Notes: generated from the letters alone by a model not told the origin. Positions 29,068-39,317 are shown, counted from the stretch's first letter. The stretch: DNA of 64,000 nt from Dehalococcoidia bacterium (GCA_964291495.2 OZ219872.1:288001-352000); one strand, 5' to 3'. Numbers and translations are program-made.

Positions 29068-29997
29068 ATGGACCTCAGCCTCACCATCGGCCGCGGCGGC
29101 AAGCAGGAGCTGCTGCTCAAGAACCCCGTCCTCACGGCCTCCGGCACCCTCTCCAACGGCATCGAGTTCGCGCGCCGCTTCGACATCGACGCGCTCGGCG
29201 GCGTGATCTCGAAGGGCACGACGCTGCGGCCGCGCCGCGGCAACCCGCAGCCCCGCACCGTCGAGACGCCGGCAGGGATGATCAATTCGATCGGCTTCCA
29301 GAACGTCGGCGTGGGCGCACTGATCCGCGACCTGGCCCCCGCCTGGGCGCGCTGGGACACGCCCGTCCTCGTCAACATCATGGGCGACACCGTGCACGAG
29401 TTCGGCCGGCTCGCCGAACGCCTCGAGGGCGTCCCGGGCGTCGCCGGCCTCGAGGTCAACGTCTCCTGCCCCAACGTCGAGGTCGGCGGGATGGAGTTCG
29501 GGCAGGACTGCGATCTGACGGCCGAGGTGGTGGCCGAGGTACGGCGCAGCACCACGCTCCCCTTCGCCGTCAAGCTCACGCCGAGCGTCACCGACATCCG
29601 CCCCTTCGCCGAGGTCTGTGAGCAGGCCGGCGCCGACGCGCTCTCGCTGATCAACACCGTGCCGGCGACCGCGATCGACATCGAACGGCGGCGGCCCGCG
29701 ATCGCCACCATCTTCGGCGGGCTCTCCGGGCCCGCGATCAAGCCGATCGCGCTGCGCAGCGTCTACCTCGCCGCCTCCGTCACCAGCCTCCCGATCATCG
29801 CCTCGGGCGGGGTGATGGGCGGCCGCGACGCTGTCGAGTTCCTGATGGCCGGCGCCAGCGCCGTGCAGGTCGGCACCGCCACCTTCACCGAACCGGGCGC
29901 GCCCTGGCGCGTGCTCGACGAGCTGCGCGAGTGGTGCGAGGCTGAGGGCGTCGGGGGCCTCGACGAGGTCGTCGGGGCCGCGCGGCGGCGCGACTGA
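29068..29997 (+). CDS. pyrD: Dihydroorotate dehydrogenase B catalytic subunit
   Basis: LKNPVLTASGT, GNPQPR, INSIG, NVSCPN, VKLTP, INT, GGLSGPAIKP. Confidence 0.95.
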   Translation: MDLSLTIGRGGKQELLLKNPVLTASGTLSNGIEFARRFDIDALGGVISKGTTLRPRRGNPQPRTVETPAGMINSIGFQNVGVGALIRDLAPAWARWDTPVLVNIMGDTVHEFGRLAERLEGVPGVAGLEVNVSCPNVEVGGMEFGQDCDLTAEVVAEVRRSTTLPFAVKLTPSVTDIRPFAEVCEQAGADALSLINTVPATAIDIERRRPAIATIFGGLSGPAIKPIALRSVYLAASVTSLPIIASGGVMGGRDAVEFLMAGASAVQVGTATFTEPGAPWRVLDELREWCEAEGVGGLDEVVGAARRRD

Positions 29998-30011
29998 GCG
30001 AGGAGGCTGCG

Positions 30012-30221
30012 ATGCGCGGTGGTGCGGGCCTGCTTGGCGGCGCGCTGTGGCTGATCTCGGGAGCGTTCGCCGGCGCGGCCTGGGGCTGGGCCGGGATGCG
30101 GGTGCTCTACCGGTTCTTCGACGTCGACAGCGCCGAGGCCGCCGTCGCGGGCGGCGTAGTCTTCGGCCTCGCCGTCGCGCTGGCGCTCTGGGGCCTCGGC
30201 TGGCGCGAAGTCCGCGGGTAA
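30012..30221 (+). CDS. Small membrane protein
   Basis: AGGAGG SD; two hydrophobic segments. Confidence 0.6.
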   Translation: MRGGAGLLGGALWLISGAFAGAAWGWAGMRVLYRFFDVDSAEAAVAGGVVFGLAVALALWGLGWREVRG

Positions 30222-30247
30222 ACCCTCGCCGACTCTGTTCCGAGGCG

Positions 30248-30277
30248 TTGACGTGTCCGAGGCGCGGGCCGTAGCGT
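30248..30277 (+). promoter_or_regulatory. Probable tRNA-Pro promoter
   Basis: TTGACG-N18-TAGCGT. Confidence 0.5.
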
Positions 30278-30302
30278 CGGATCGCACCGTCGGGTGCTGC
30301 TT

Positions 30303-30380
30303 CGGGGTGTAGCTCAGCCAGGGTAGAGCGCTGCGTTTGGGGCGCAGAGGTCCGCAGTTCAAATCTGCGCACCCCGACCA
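30303..30380 (+). tRNA. tRNA-Pro (TGG)
   Basis: CGGGGTG/CACCCCG acceptor, CTGCG-TTTGGGG-CGCAG anticodon arm, GTTCAAAT, CCA. Confidence 0.96.
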
Positions 30381-30430
30381 ACACCGACGCGATCGAGCAG
30401 GCCCGAGCAGACGGAGGAGCGGCGAACGCG

Positions 30431-30637
30431 ATGCAGGAAACGCTCCCGCCCTACGTGCTCGTCGTGCGCATCGGCTCGATCCTCAGCATGTCGCTCGCGC
30501 TGGCGGTCGGGTTGCTGCTGTTGTTGGGCGGCTTCGTCCTCGCCTCGCTCGTGGCGTTCGCCGCGTTCCTGCCCTCGCTCGGCATCATGGTCTACGCCGA
30601 GCGCCGGGCCGCCCGCGACGAGCAGGCCGAGGGCTGA
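30431..30637 (+). CDS. Small membrane protein
   Basis: Two TM segments, GGAGGAG upstream. Confidence 0.6.
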   Translation: MQETLPPYVLVVRIGSILSMSLALAVGLLLLLGGFVLASLVAFAAFLPSLGIMVYAERRAARDEQAEG

Positions 30638-30694
30638 TCGCCGCCTTCGCCGGCCTCGCGCTGCCGTAAGCCGGGAAGCGCCTATCCTGTCGGC

Positions 30695-30958
30695 ATGTAC
30701 GAACAGAACTCGGGACCAGAGCCCGGCGGCTGTCGCGAGACGCTGCTGCTCACGCGCATCGCCTTCGGCGTGCTGATCCCGCCGCTGCTCGCCGTCGGCG
30801 CCGTGCTCGTGCTGCTGATCGCCGGCTTCGTGCTCTTCACCACGCACCCGCTGCTCGGCCTGCTGCCGCTAATCCCGATCGCCGCCGGCCTCTTCTGGAT
30901 CGCGAGGCGCGAACGGAACGACGACCGCGACCTGGACGACCTCGACCTGCCGCGCTGA
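30695..30958 (+). CDS. Small membrane protein
   Basis: Two TM segments; TATCCT-N6-ATG. Confidence 0.65.
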   Translation: MYEQNSGPEPGGCRETLLLTRIAFGVLIPPLLAVGAVLVLLIAGFVLFTTHPLLGLLPLIPIAAGLFWIARRERNDDRDLDDLDLPR

Positions 30959-31003
30959 GGCGGCGGCGGTTCGCCCGGCCCCGTCCTGCGCTAGACTCTT
31001 GGC

Positions 31004-32653
31004 ATGCCGGATCCACGTGTCGTCGCCCGCCAGCGCCTGAGCCGCGAACGCGGCTACGTGCGCAAGGACTGGGGCGGGCGCATCCCGATCGTCCTCGTCT
31101 ACCCCAACTCCTACTACATCGGCATGTCCAACCTCGGGCTGCAGACGGTCTATTCGCTGTTCAACGCCTACCCGGACTTCGTCTGCGAGCGCGCCTTCGT
31201 CGACCCGCCCGAGCGCGGCAAGCGCAACGGCGACGAACCGCCGCACATCGTCTCGCTGGAGTCGCAGCGCCCGCTCGAGGACTTCGCGGTGCTCGCCTTC
31301 ACGCTCTCCTACGAGTACGACTACTTCCACATGGTGCAGGCGCTGAAGAGCGCGCGGATCCCGCTCTGGGCCTCGCAGCGCGATGAGCGGCACCCGCTCG
31401 TGATCGCCGGCGGGGCCTGTATGCTCACCAACCCCGCCGGCGTCGCGCCCTTCCTCGACGCGGCCGTGATCGGCGAGGGCGAGGAGATCGTCCCCTCGCT
31501 CGCCGGCGCCTTCGAGGACGGACTCTACGGCGGCCGCGACGACCTGCTCGACGAGCTGTCCGCGCTCCCCGGCGTCTATGTGCCCGAGCGTCCGCCCCAT
31601 GGCCCCGTCGAGCGCCAATGGGTCGAGGACATCGGCTCGACCGAGGCCTACTCGACGATCCTCACGGACGACACCGAGCTCTCCGACATGACGCTGATCG
31701 AGTGCGCGCGCGGCTGCGGCCGCGGCTGCCGCTTCTGCATCGCCGGCTACGTCTTCCGCCCGCCGCGCTACCGCCCGCTCGAGGATCTGCTCGGCGTCGT
31801 CGAGCACTCGCTGGAGCACAGCGAGCGGGTCGGGCTGCTCGGCGCAGCGGTCGCCGACCACCCCGAGCTGCCCGAGTTGGTGGTCGGCGCGGGCGAGCTG
31901 GGCGCGCGCGTCTCGATCTCCTCGCTGCGCGTCGACAACCTGCGGCCGGAGGTGCTGCGCGTGCTCGCCGCCGGCGGAACGAAGACGGTGACCGTCGCGC
32001 CCGAGGCCGGCTCCGAGCGGATGCGCGAGGCGATCAACAAGGGCGTGAGCGAGGAGCAGATCCTGCGCGGGGCCGCCCTCGTCGGCGAGGCCGGGCTGAC
32101 CCGCTTCAAGCTCTACTTCATGATCGGCCTGCCCGGCGAGGAGGACGACGACGTCTACGCCCTCGCGGCGCTCGGCAACCGCATCAAGGAGCGGCTCGAC
32201 GCGGCGGGCAACGGCACGCGCCTGGTGTTCTCCGTCAGCCCGCTGGTCCCGAAGCCGTGGACGGCGTACCAGTACGAGACGCAGCAGCCTCCCGAGGTGA
32301 TCAAAGCCCGCCAGGGCATCCTCAAGCAGCACCTCGCCTCGGGCATCGAGCTGCGCAGCGACTCGCCCCAGACCGCGCGCATCGACGACGTACTCTCGAG
32401 GGCGGACGGTCGCCTCGCCGCGATGCTGGCGGAGTTGCCGGACTCCTCGCTGGGCAGCTACAAGCGCGCAATCCGCGAGCACGGCCTCGACGGCGCGCGC
32501 CCCTGGGCGGGCGAGGCGCCCCCGTGGCACGTCGTCGATGTCGGTATGACGGAGCGCTTCCTGCTGCGCGAGATGGACAAGCACGAGCGCGTGCGTCGCA
32601 CCATCCCCTGCCCCCCGCCCGAGGTGGGCTGCAAGCTCTGCGGGGTGTGCTGA
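31004..32653 (+). CDS. Radical SAM protein (B12-binding-like N-terminus, TIGR03960-like)
   Basis: YPNSYYIGMSNLG, RGCGRGCRFC (CxxxCxxC), APEAGSERMR, KLYFMIGLP, C-term CKLCGVC. Confidence 0.88.
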   Translation: MPDPRVVARQRLSRERGYVRKDWGGRIPIVLVYPNSYYIGMSNLGLQTVYSLFNAYPDFVCERAFVDPPERGKRNGDEPPHIVSLESQRPLEDFAVLAFTLSYEYDYFHMVQALKSARIPLWASQRDERHPLVIAGGACMLTNPAGVAPFLDAAVIGEGEEIVPSLAGAFEDGLYGGRDDLLDELSALPGVYVPERPPHGPVERQWVEDIGSTEAYSTILTDDTELSDMTLIECARGCGRGCRFCIAGYVFRPPRYRPLEDLLGVVEHSLEHSERVGLLGAAVADHPELPELVVGAGELGARVSISSLRVDNLRPEVLRVLAAGGTKTVTVAPEAGSERMREAINKGVSEEQILRGAALVGEAGLTRFKLYFMIGLPGEEDDDVYALAALGNRIKERLDAAGNGTRLVFSVSPLVPKPWTAYQYETQQPPEVIKARQGILKQHLASGIELRSDSPQTARIDDVLSRADGRLAAMLAELPDSSLGSYKRAIREHGLDGARPWAGEAPPWHVVDVGMTERFLLREMDKHERVRRTIPCPPPEVGCKLCGVC

Positions 32654-32674
32654 GCGGCGCAGCACCGCACCTCT

Positions 32675-32710
32675 GTGGCTTAGCTGCTGTTCATCGACGA
32701 GAGCGGCCAC
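32675..32710 (+). pseudogene. Remnant of a DUF3800-family gene 5' end
   Basis: Translates V-A-*-LLFIDESGH, resembling the typical M-x-Y-LLFIDESG start. Confidence 0.45.
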
Positions 32711-32921
32711 GGGCCCTCGATCCGGGTGGCGCCGGTGCGGTGGACTCCCTCAGGCCATCCGGCCCCGCCAGGAGTGACGCCCCTCGCCTCGTGCGTAGTC
32801 TCGCGGGCGCGGATGACGAGGTGGTGACGGCCGTGTGGCGACGCGATGAAGCTTGCGTTTCGGCCAGATGTCGGGCGCCTGTCTCTGGCGGCAGGCCGTG
32901 CCGGGGGCGTAGCCTTGCTGC

Positions 32922-33635
32922 ATGACCACGACCGCCACCTCCATCGCCGCCAACCTCGCCGCCGTGCGCGAGCGCATCGCCGCGGCGTGCGAGCGCGCAG
33001 GGCGCGACCCCGCCGAGGTCACCGTCGTCGGAGTTTCCAAGACGCACCCGCCCGAAGTCGTCGAGGAGGCGCTGGCGGCGGGGCTCAGCGACATCGGCGA
33101 GAACCGCGCGCAGGAGCTGCTGCCCAAGGCCGAGGCGCTCGAGGCGAGCGGGCTCGCGCCGCGCTGGCACTTCATCGGACGGCTGCAGCGCAACAAGGTG
33201 CGCGGCGTGCTGCCGCGCATCGCCGCGCTGCACTCGCTCGGCTCCGTGCGGCTCGCCGACGAGATCGAGCGGCGCGCCGAGCGCCTCGAGGCCGGGGGCG
33301 GCGCGGGGGCGCGTGAACCGCTTCCCTGCTACCTTGAAGTCAACGTGGGCGGCGAGGCCTCGAAGGACGGAATCGCCCCGGAGGAGCTGCCGGCACTGCT
33401 GCGCGAGACGGCGAAGCGCCGCCACATCGCGGTCGCCGGGCTGATGACGGTCGCGCCGCTCGTGGACGATCCGGAGCAGGTCCGGCCGGTCTTCCGGCAA
33501 CTGCGCGAGCTGGCCCGCGCGCACGGCCTCGAGGGGCTCTCGATGGGCATGACCGACGACTACGTCGTCGCCGTCGAGGAGGGCGCGACGGTGGTGCGGC
33601 TCGGGCGCGTGATCTTCGGAGCGCGGCGCTCGTAG
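32922..33635 (+). CDS. yggS: PLP homeostasis protein (YggS/PLPBP)
   Basis: GVSKT, IGENRAQE, WHFIGRLQRNK, LSMGMTDD, GATVVRLGRVIFG. Confidence 0.95.
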   Translation: MTTTATSIAANLAAVRERIAAACERAGRDPAEVTVVGVSKTHPPEVVEEALAAGLSDIGENRAQELLPKAEALEASGLAPRWHFIGRLQRNKVRGVLPRIAALHSLGSVRLADEIERRAERLEAGGGAGAREPLPCYLEVNVGGEASKDGIAPEELPALLRETAKRRHIAVAGLMTVAPLVDDPEQVRPVFRQLRELARAHGLEGLSMGMTDDYVVAVEEGATVVRLGRVIFGARRS

Positions 33636-33654
33636 CCAAGGCGGAGGACACAGC

Positions 33655-34461
33655 GTGCGGATCGGGATCATCGGCGGCGGCTTCATGGGCGAGGCGTTTC
33701 TGCGCGGGATTCTCAGCGCGGGAGTCGCCGAGGCGTCCAACGTCGCCATCGCCGAGCTGATCGCGAGCCGCCGGCGCGCCCTCGCGGACCACGGCGTGCG
33801 CGTCACCGACGACCCGGAGAGCGCCTGCATCGGCGCGGACGTCGTGCTGCTCGCGGTGAAACCGGACGACCTGCCCGCGACAGCGCGGAGTCTCGCCGGG
33901 GCGATCCCCGCCGGCGCCGTGCTCGTCTCGATCGCCGCCGGGACGCCGCTCGCCGAGGTGCAGCGCCACAGCGGGCACGGCGCCTCCGTGCGCGTGATGC
34001 CGAACCTGCCCGCCGCGATCGGCGAGGGCGCCGCCGTCTACCTCGCCGCCCCCGAGCTTAGCGACGAGCAGCTCGCCCGGGTGCGCGAGGTGCTCAGCGG
34101 CGTCGCGACCGCGATCGTCGAGGTCGGCGACGACGAGGCGGTGGACCTCGCGACGGCGTTACACGGATCGGGCCCCGCCTACGTCTATCTGCTGATCGAG
34201 GCGATGGTGGACTCGGCGGTGCGGCTCGGCATGAAGCGGCCGCAGGCGACGGACCTGGTGCTGGCGACCGTCGCCGGCTCGGCGCGCTACGCAATCGAGA
34301 GCGGGGAGCACGCCGCGACCCTGCGCAACGCAGTGACCTCGCCGGGCGGCACGACGGCCGCGGCGCTCTCCGAGCTGGAAGCCGCCGGGGTGCGGGCGGC
34401 GTTCGACGACGCAATCGAGGCCGCGTTCACGCGGGCGCTGGATCTGGGGGAAGCGGAGTGA
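33655..34461 (+). CDS. proC: Pyrroline-5-carboxylate reductase
   Basis: IGGGFMG, LAVKP, SIAAG, RVMPN, GSGPAY, VTSPGGTT. Confidence 0.96.
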   Translation: MRIGIIGGGFMGEAFLRGILSAGVAEASNVAIAELIASRRRALADHGVRVTDDPESACIGADVVLLAVKPDDLPATARSLAGAIPAGAVLVSIAAGTPLAEVQRHSGHGASVRVMPNLPAAIGEGAAVYLAAPELSDEQLARVREVLSGVATAIVEVGDDEAVDLATALHGSGPAYVYLLIEAMVDSAVRLGMKRPQATDLVLATVAGSARYAIESGEHAATLRNAVTSPGGTTAAALSELEAAGVRAAFDDAIEAAFTRALDLGEAE

Positions 34462-34712
34462 CCACGCTCATCACGCTCCTGAGCATGCTGCTGAACGTGC
34501 TGTGGTTCGCGATCTTCGCGCGCGCGATCGTGAGCTGGTTTCCGATCGATCAGAACGGCCCGGTGATCCGGGCGCTGGACGCGATCACGGAGCCGGTGCT
34601 CGAGCCGCTGCGGCGGGTGGTGCCACGCGTGGGGCTGTTCGACATCACGCCGATGGTCGCGATCATCCTGATCCTCATCATCCAGCAGATGCTCGTCTCG
34701 AGCCTGCCGTAG
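34458..34712 (+). CDS. yggT: YggT family membrane protein
   Basis: IVSWF, ITEPVLEPLRRVVP...DITP. Confidence 0.92.
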   Translation: MTTLITLLSMLLNVLWFAIFARAIVSWFPIDQNGPVIRALDAITEPVLEPLRRVVPRVGLFDITPMVAIILILIIQQMLVSSLP

Positions 34713-34733
34713 CGTCGCTCCGGCGCCACACGC

Positions 34734-35021
34734 TCAACCACCCCCGAGGCGCCGCCGCAGCTCCACCGCCTCGAGGCCGTCGACGGCCACAACCTTGTTG
34801 CGCGATGTCTGCCCCGCCACCACGCGCACGGCGCCTCGCGGGACGCCGAGGCGCCGCGCCAGCAGACGCACGAGCGCGGCGTTGGCGCGACCCTCGACCG
34901 GCGGCGCGGTGACGCGCACGCGCAGCGTCTCGCCCTCGAAGCCCACGACCGCGTCGCGCGAGGCACTAGGCGTGAGGCGCACCGCGAGCCGGACCGCCTC
35001 CAACAGAGTCTCCTCGCACAC
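34734..35021 (-). CDS. DUF167 (YggU) family protein
   Basis: VRLTPSASR, VTAPPVEGRAN, GQTSRNK; start uncertain. Confidence 0.88.
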   Translation of the reverse strand: MCEETLLEAVRLAVRLTPSASRDAVVGFEGETLRVRVTAPPVEGRANAALVRLLARRLGVPRGAVRVVAGQTSRNKVVAVDGLEAVELRRRLGGG

Positions 35022-35044
35022 CCGCGCCGCCGCCCGGCGAGGAC

Positions 35045-35073
35045 TTGACGGTATAGAACCTGCGTTCTATTCT
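35045..35073 (+). promoter_or_regulatory. recA promoter with LexA (SOS) box
   Basis: TTGACG-N17-TATTCT with ATAGAAC-CTGC-GTTCTAT (GAAC-N4-GTTC, 35056-35067) in the spacer. Confidence 0.88.
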
Positions 35074-35133
35074 TCCCTGCGTACCAACGACGTGCCACGA
35101 TAGAACAGCAGCGTACGCGGAAGGACCACCGCA

Positions 35134-36246
35134 ATGGCCAGCAGGCAGCGCAGCAAGAGCAACCCCGAGCAGCGGCGCCACGAGGACCTCAACCGCGCCA
35201 TCGAGCAGATCACCAAGGACCACGGCAAGGGCGCGATCATGCGCCTCGGCGACGAGCAGGCTGCGATCAACGTCTCAGCCATCCCCACCGGAGCCCTCTC
35301 GCTCGACATCGCCCTCGGCATCGGTGGGGTGCCGCGAGGGCGCGTGACCGAGATCTTCGGGCCGGAGTCGGCCGGCAAGTCCACCCTCGCCCAGCACATC
35401 ATCGCGCAGAGCCAGCGCGCGGGCGGCACCACCGCCTACATCGACGTCGAGCACGCCCTCGAGCCCGACTACGCCGCCGCCTGCGGTATCGCCGTCGACG
35501 ACCTGCTGATCTCGCAGCCCGACACCGGCGAGCAGGCGCTCGAGATCTGCGAGGCGCTGATCCGCTCGAACGCCCTCGACGCCGTCGTCGTCGACTCCGT
35601 GGCCGCGCTCGTGCCGCGCGCGGAGATCGAGGGCGACATGGGGGACTCACTGCCGGGCCTGCAGGCGCGGCTGATGTCGCAGGCGCTGCGCAAGTTGACC
35701 GCCGCGGTGGCGCGTTCGAACACCGCGCTGGTCTTCATCAATCAGCTGCGCGAGAAGATCGGCGTCGTTTTTGGCAACCCGGAAACCACGCCCGGCGGGC
35801 GCGCGCTCAAGTTCTATTCCTCCGTGCGGATCGACATCCGCCGCATCGAGTCGCTGCGCCAGGGCTCGACGATCATCGGCAACCGCGTCCGCTGCAAGGT
35901 CGTAAAAAACAAGACCGCGCCGCCGTTCCGCCAGGCCGAGTTCGACATCATGTTCACCCCCGAGGAGCACGGCATCAGCCGCTCCGGCGACCTCCTCGAC
36001 CTCTCGGTCGAGCACGGCATCGTGAAGAAGCTCGGGTCCTACTACTCGCTCGGCGAGCAGCGGCTCGGCCAGGGGCGCGAGAACGCGAAGGCGTTCCTCC
36101 GCGAGCACCCCGCGATCGCCGACGAGATCGAGGTCAATGTCCGCGCCGCCGCCGGGCTGCCCGGCACCGAGCACCTGCCGGCCGAGGCGCCCACGGAGGC
36201 CCCCGAGAGCGCCACGGCGATCTCCGGCCTGCCGCTTGATGCGTAA
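35134..36246 (+). CDS. recA: Recombinase RecA
   Basis: [49 protein letters not shown]. Confidence 0.98.
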   Translation: MASRQRSKSNPEQRRHEDLNRAIEQITKDHGKGAIMRLGDEQAAINVSAIPTGALSLDIALGIGGVPRGRVTEIFGPESAGKSTLAQHIIAQSQRAGGTTAYIDVEHALEPDYAAACGIAVDDLLISQPDTGEQALEICEALIRSNALDAVVVDSVAALVPRAEIEGDMGDSLPGLQARLMSQALRKLTAAVARSNTALVFINQLREKIGVVFGNPETTPGGRALKFYSSVRIDIRRIESLRQGSTIIGNRVRCKVVKNKTAPPFRQAEFDIMFTPEEHGISRSGDLLDLSVEHGIVKKLGSYYSLGEQRLGQGRENAKAFLREHPAIADEIEVNVRAAAGLPGTEHLPAEAPTEAPESATAISGLPLDA

Positions 36247-36796
36247 GGCCGCTCGCGCCCGCCGGCGCGGCAACGCCGCTCCCCCAAGCGACGATCCGCG
36301 CAAGGCGGTCCAGCACGGACTGCGTCTGCTCAGCCGCAGCGCTCGCAGCGAGCACGATCTGCGCGAGCGCCTCGAGGCGCGCTTCACCATCGAGGCAGCG
36401 ACGGCCGCGTTGAGGCGGCTGCGCGCGCTCGGCTACGTCGACGACCGCGCCTGGGCCGCCGCCTACGTCGAGCGCCCCCGCTCGCTGCTCTGCAGCGCGC
36501 GGCTGCTGCAACGCGAGCTGCGTTCGCGCGGCATTTCCCACGAGATCGCGGAGGCGGCGACCGGCGGACACGATGACGACCGCGCCGCCCTCGCCGCCGC
36601 GCGGATCGCGCTGCGGCGGCTGGCCCGCGGAGGCGGCGGCAGCGACGCGGGCAGCGATGCGCGGGGCGATCCCAGGCGCTCGAGACGGCTCGTCGCGGCG
36701 CTGGCGCGTCGCGGCTTCGACCCCGGAACGATCGAGCGCGTCCGCTCGCGCCTGCGCAGCGACCACGCTCACGAGGCCGCCTCGGTCACACCGTAG
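36239..36796 (+). CDS. recX: Regulatory protein RecX
   Basis: [37 protein letters not shown]; overlaps recA stop. Confidence 0.85.
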   Translation: MRKAARARRRGNAAPPSDDPRKAVQHGLRLLSRSARSEHDLRERLEARFTIEAATAALRRLRALGYVDDRAWAAAYVERPRSLLCSARLLQRELRSRGISHEIAEAATGGHDDDRAALAAARIALRRLARGGGGSDAGSDARGDPRRSRRLVAALARRGFDPGTIERVRSRLRSDHAHEAASVTP

Positions 36797-36959
36797 CGCG
36801 GGCGCGCGAGGCGCACCGTCAAGCGCGGTGGTAGACTGTCCCCATCAACAACGGCGACGGCGCTGACTGGCCCCTCAGTCATACGGCCGCGCCGGGATGC
36901 CGACTCACGGCTCGCGACCCGCTGCGGCGGAGGCGCGGCCCTCGAATCGAGGCCACCTC

Positions 36960-38537
36960 ATGGAGGATGCACCCGTACTCAGCGCCCTTGTGGGCGTGAT
37001 CGCTCTCGTGATCGGCTTCCTGATCGGCTACGCCATCCTCGGGCTCGGCGCGCGGGACGTGCGCCGCCGCGCGGAGCAGGCCGCCGACCGCATCCGCGAG
37101 CAGGCCGAGAGCCGCAGCCGTGAGCTCGAGCTCGAGGGGCAGCAGGCGGGCCTCCGCTACCGCGAGGAGGTTGAGGAGGAGCTGCGCGAGGAGCGCCGCG
37201 AGGCCGCCCGCGTCGAGCGCCGCCTCGAACAGCGCGAGGAGTCGCTGGAACGCCGCGCCGAGGGACTCGACCGCGGCGAGCAGTCGGTCCGCGACCGCGC
37301 CGCCGGCCTCGACCGCCGCGAGAAGGATCTCGAGGCTGGTCAGGATCGCCTGCAAGGCGAGCACGAACGGCTGCGCGAGCAGGAGTCCGAGCTTCGCGGC
37401 GAGCTCGAGCGCATCGCCGGGCTGAGCGCCGACGAGGCGCGTGACCTGCTGCTCGACAGCCTCGACAGCGAACTGCGCGATGAGTCCGCGCGCCGGGTGC
37501 GCGCGATGGAGGCCGCCACCAGGGCCGAAGCCGACATGCGTGGACGCAAAATCCTCGCCACCGTGATGCAGCGCATGACCTCCGAGATCACGGCGGAGAC
37601 CACCGTCTCCGTGGTGCCGATCCCCTCGGACGAACTGAAGGGCCGCATCATCGGCCGCGAGGGCCGCAACATCCGCGCCTTCGAGGCGGCGACCGGCTGC
37701 GACCTGCTGATCGACGACACGCCCGAGGTCGTCACCGTCGTCGGCTTCGATCCCGTGCGCCGCGAGGTCGCCCGCGTGGCGCTCGCGCGCCTCGTCCAGG
37801 ACGGCCGCATCCAGCCGAGCCGGATCGAGGACGCCGTCGAGAAGGCGCGCAACGAAGTTGACCGCATGGTCACCGAGGCCGGCGAGCAGGCGCTCGTCGA
37901 CGCAGAGGTGGCGGCGCTTCACCCCGAGGTCGCGAAGACCCTCGGCAAGCTCCGCTTCCGCTACTCCTACGGCCAGAACCAGTTGCGCCACTCGGTGGAG
38001 ACCTCGTGGCTCGCGGTCGCGCTTGCGCACGAGCTCGGCGCGGACGTGGAGACGGCCCGCATCGGGGGCCTGCTCCACGACCTTGGCAAGGCCGTGGACC
38101 GCGAGATGGAGGGCACGCACGCCGCGCTCGGCGGCGAGATCGCGCGCCGCTTCGGCGTCGGCGACGAGATCGTGCACTGCATCGAGGCCCACCACGAGGA
38201 GATCGCGCCCGAGACGGCAGAGTCGCTGATCGTGATCATCGCCGACGCGATCTCGGGCAGCCGCCCGGGCGCGCGCCGCGACTCCATCGAGCAGTACGTC
38301 AAGCGCCTCGAGGCCCTCGAGGCGGTCGCCAACTCCTTCGACGGCGTCGAGCAGTCCTTCGCCATCCAGGCGGGGCGGGAGATCCGCGTGCTGGTGCGGC
38401 CGGACGAGGTCGACGACCTCGCGGCCACGCGGCTCGCGCGCGACGTCTCGCGCAAGGTCGAGGAGACGCTGCAGTACCCCGGCCAGATCCGGGTCACCGT
38501 CGTCCGGGAGACGCGCGCCAGCGCGGTCGCACGCTAA
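36960..38537 (+). CDS. rny: Ribonuclease Y
   Basis: N-term TM, coiled coil, KGRIIGREGRNIR (KH), LLHDLGK (HD), YPGQIRVTVVRETR. Confidence 0.97.
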   Translation: MEDAPVLSALVGVIALVIGFLIGYAILGLGARDVRRRAEQAADRIREQAESRSRELELEGQQAGLRYREEVEEELREERREAARVERRLEQREESLERRAEGLDRGEQSVRDRAAGLDRREKDLEAGQDRLQGEHERLREQESELRGELERIAGLSADEARDLLLDSLDSELRDESARRVRAMEAATRAEADMRGRKILATVMQRMTSEITAETTVSVVPIPSDELKGRIIGREGRNIRAFEAATGCDLLIDDTPEVVTVVGFDPVRREVARVALARLVQDGRIQPSRIEDAVEKARNEVDRMVTEAGEQALVDAEVAALHPEVAKTLGKLRFRYSYGQNQLRHSVETSWLAVALAHELGADVETARIGGLLHDLGKAVDREMEGTHAALGGEIARRFGVGDEIVHCIEAHHEEIAPETAESLIVIIADAISGSRPGARRDSIEQYVKRLEALEAVANSFDGVEQSFAIQAGREIRVLVRPDEVDDLAATRLARDVSRKVEETLQYPGQIRVTVVRETRASAVAR

Positions 38538-38540
38538 CCC

Positions 38541-39317
38541 GTGCGCGTCCTCATGGTCGGCGATATCGTCGGCCGGCCGGGCCGTGAGATCGTCGGCTCC
38601 GCGCTGCCGGAGTTGCGCGACGCCCTCGGCATCGACCGTGTGATCGCCAACGGCGAGAACGCCGCGCGCGGACGAGGGCTCACCGAGCGCACCGCCAACG
38701 AGCTGTTCGCCGCCGGCGTCGACGTCATCACCTCCGGCAACCACATCTTCGACGTGCGCGAGTTCGTCCCCGCCCTCAACCGCGACTGGCCCGTGCTGCG
38801 CCCCGCGAACTACCCGCCGACGGTCCCCGGCCGCGGCGTCTGGAGCATCGATGGACTGATCGTGATCAACCTCATGGGCCGCGTCTTCATGCCCGCCGTC
38901 GTCGACGACCCGTTCCGCGTCGTCGACCAGCTGCTCGAGGACGTCGAGCCCGGCGCCAGCATCGTCATCGACTTCCACGCCGAGGCGTCCAGCGAGCAAC
39001 AGGCGCTCGCCTGGTACCTCGACGGGCGGGTCGCCGCGGTCGTCGGGACGCACACGCACGTCCCCACCGCGGACGCGCGGCTGCTCGCCGACGGCACCGC
39101 GGCCGTGGGCGACCTCGGCATGGTCGGCGTGCGCGACTCGGTGATCGGCGACGACATCGAGTCGGTGATCAGCCGCTTCCTGACCGGGATGCCGACGCGC
39201 CTGCCCGTCGCCTCGGGCGAGGACGGCGTCTTCAACTCCGTGCTGATCGAGATCGACGACGCGAGCGGCCTGGCGACCGGCATCGAGCGCGTCGACCGAG
39301 TGCTCCCGCTGTGGTGA
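38541..39317 (+). CDS. ymdB: YmdB/TIGR00282 metallophosphoesterase
   Basis: GDIVG, NGENA, TSGNH, RPANY, DFHAEA, GTHTHV. Confidence 0.94.
   Translation: MRVLMVGDIVGRPGREIVGSALPELRDALGIDRVIANGENAARGRGLTERTANELFAAGVDVITSGNHIFDVREFVPALNRDWPVLRPANYPPTVPGRGVWSIDGLIVINLMGRVFMPAVVDDPFRVVDQLLEDVEPGASIVIDFHAEASSEQQALAWYLDGRVAAVVGTHTHVPTADARLLADGTAAVGDLGMVGVRDSVIGDDIESVISRFLTGMPTRLPVASGEDGVFNSVLIEIDDASGLATGIERVDRVLPLW

Noticed and set aside
35101-35117. Second SOS box (GAAC-N6-GTAC) in the recA leader
   Set aside because: Spacer length is wrong for the N4 motif
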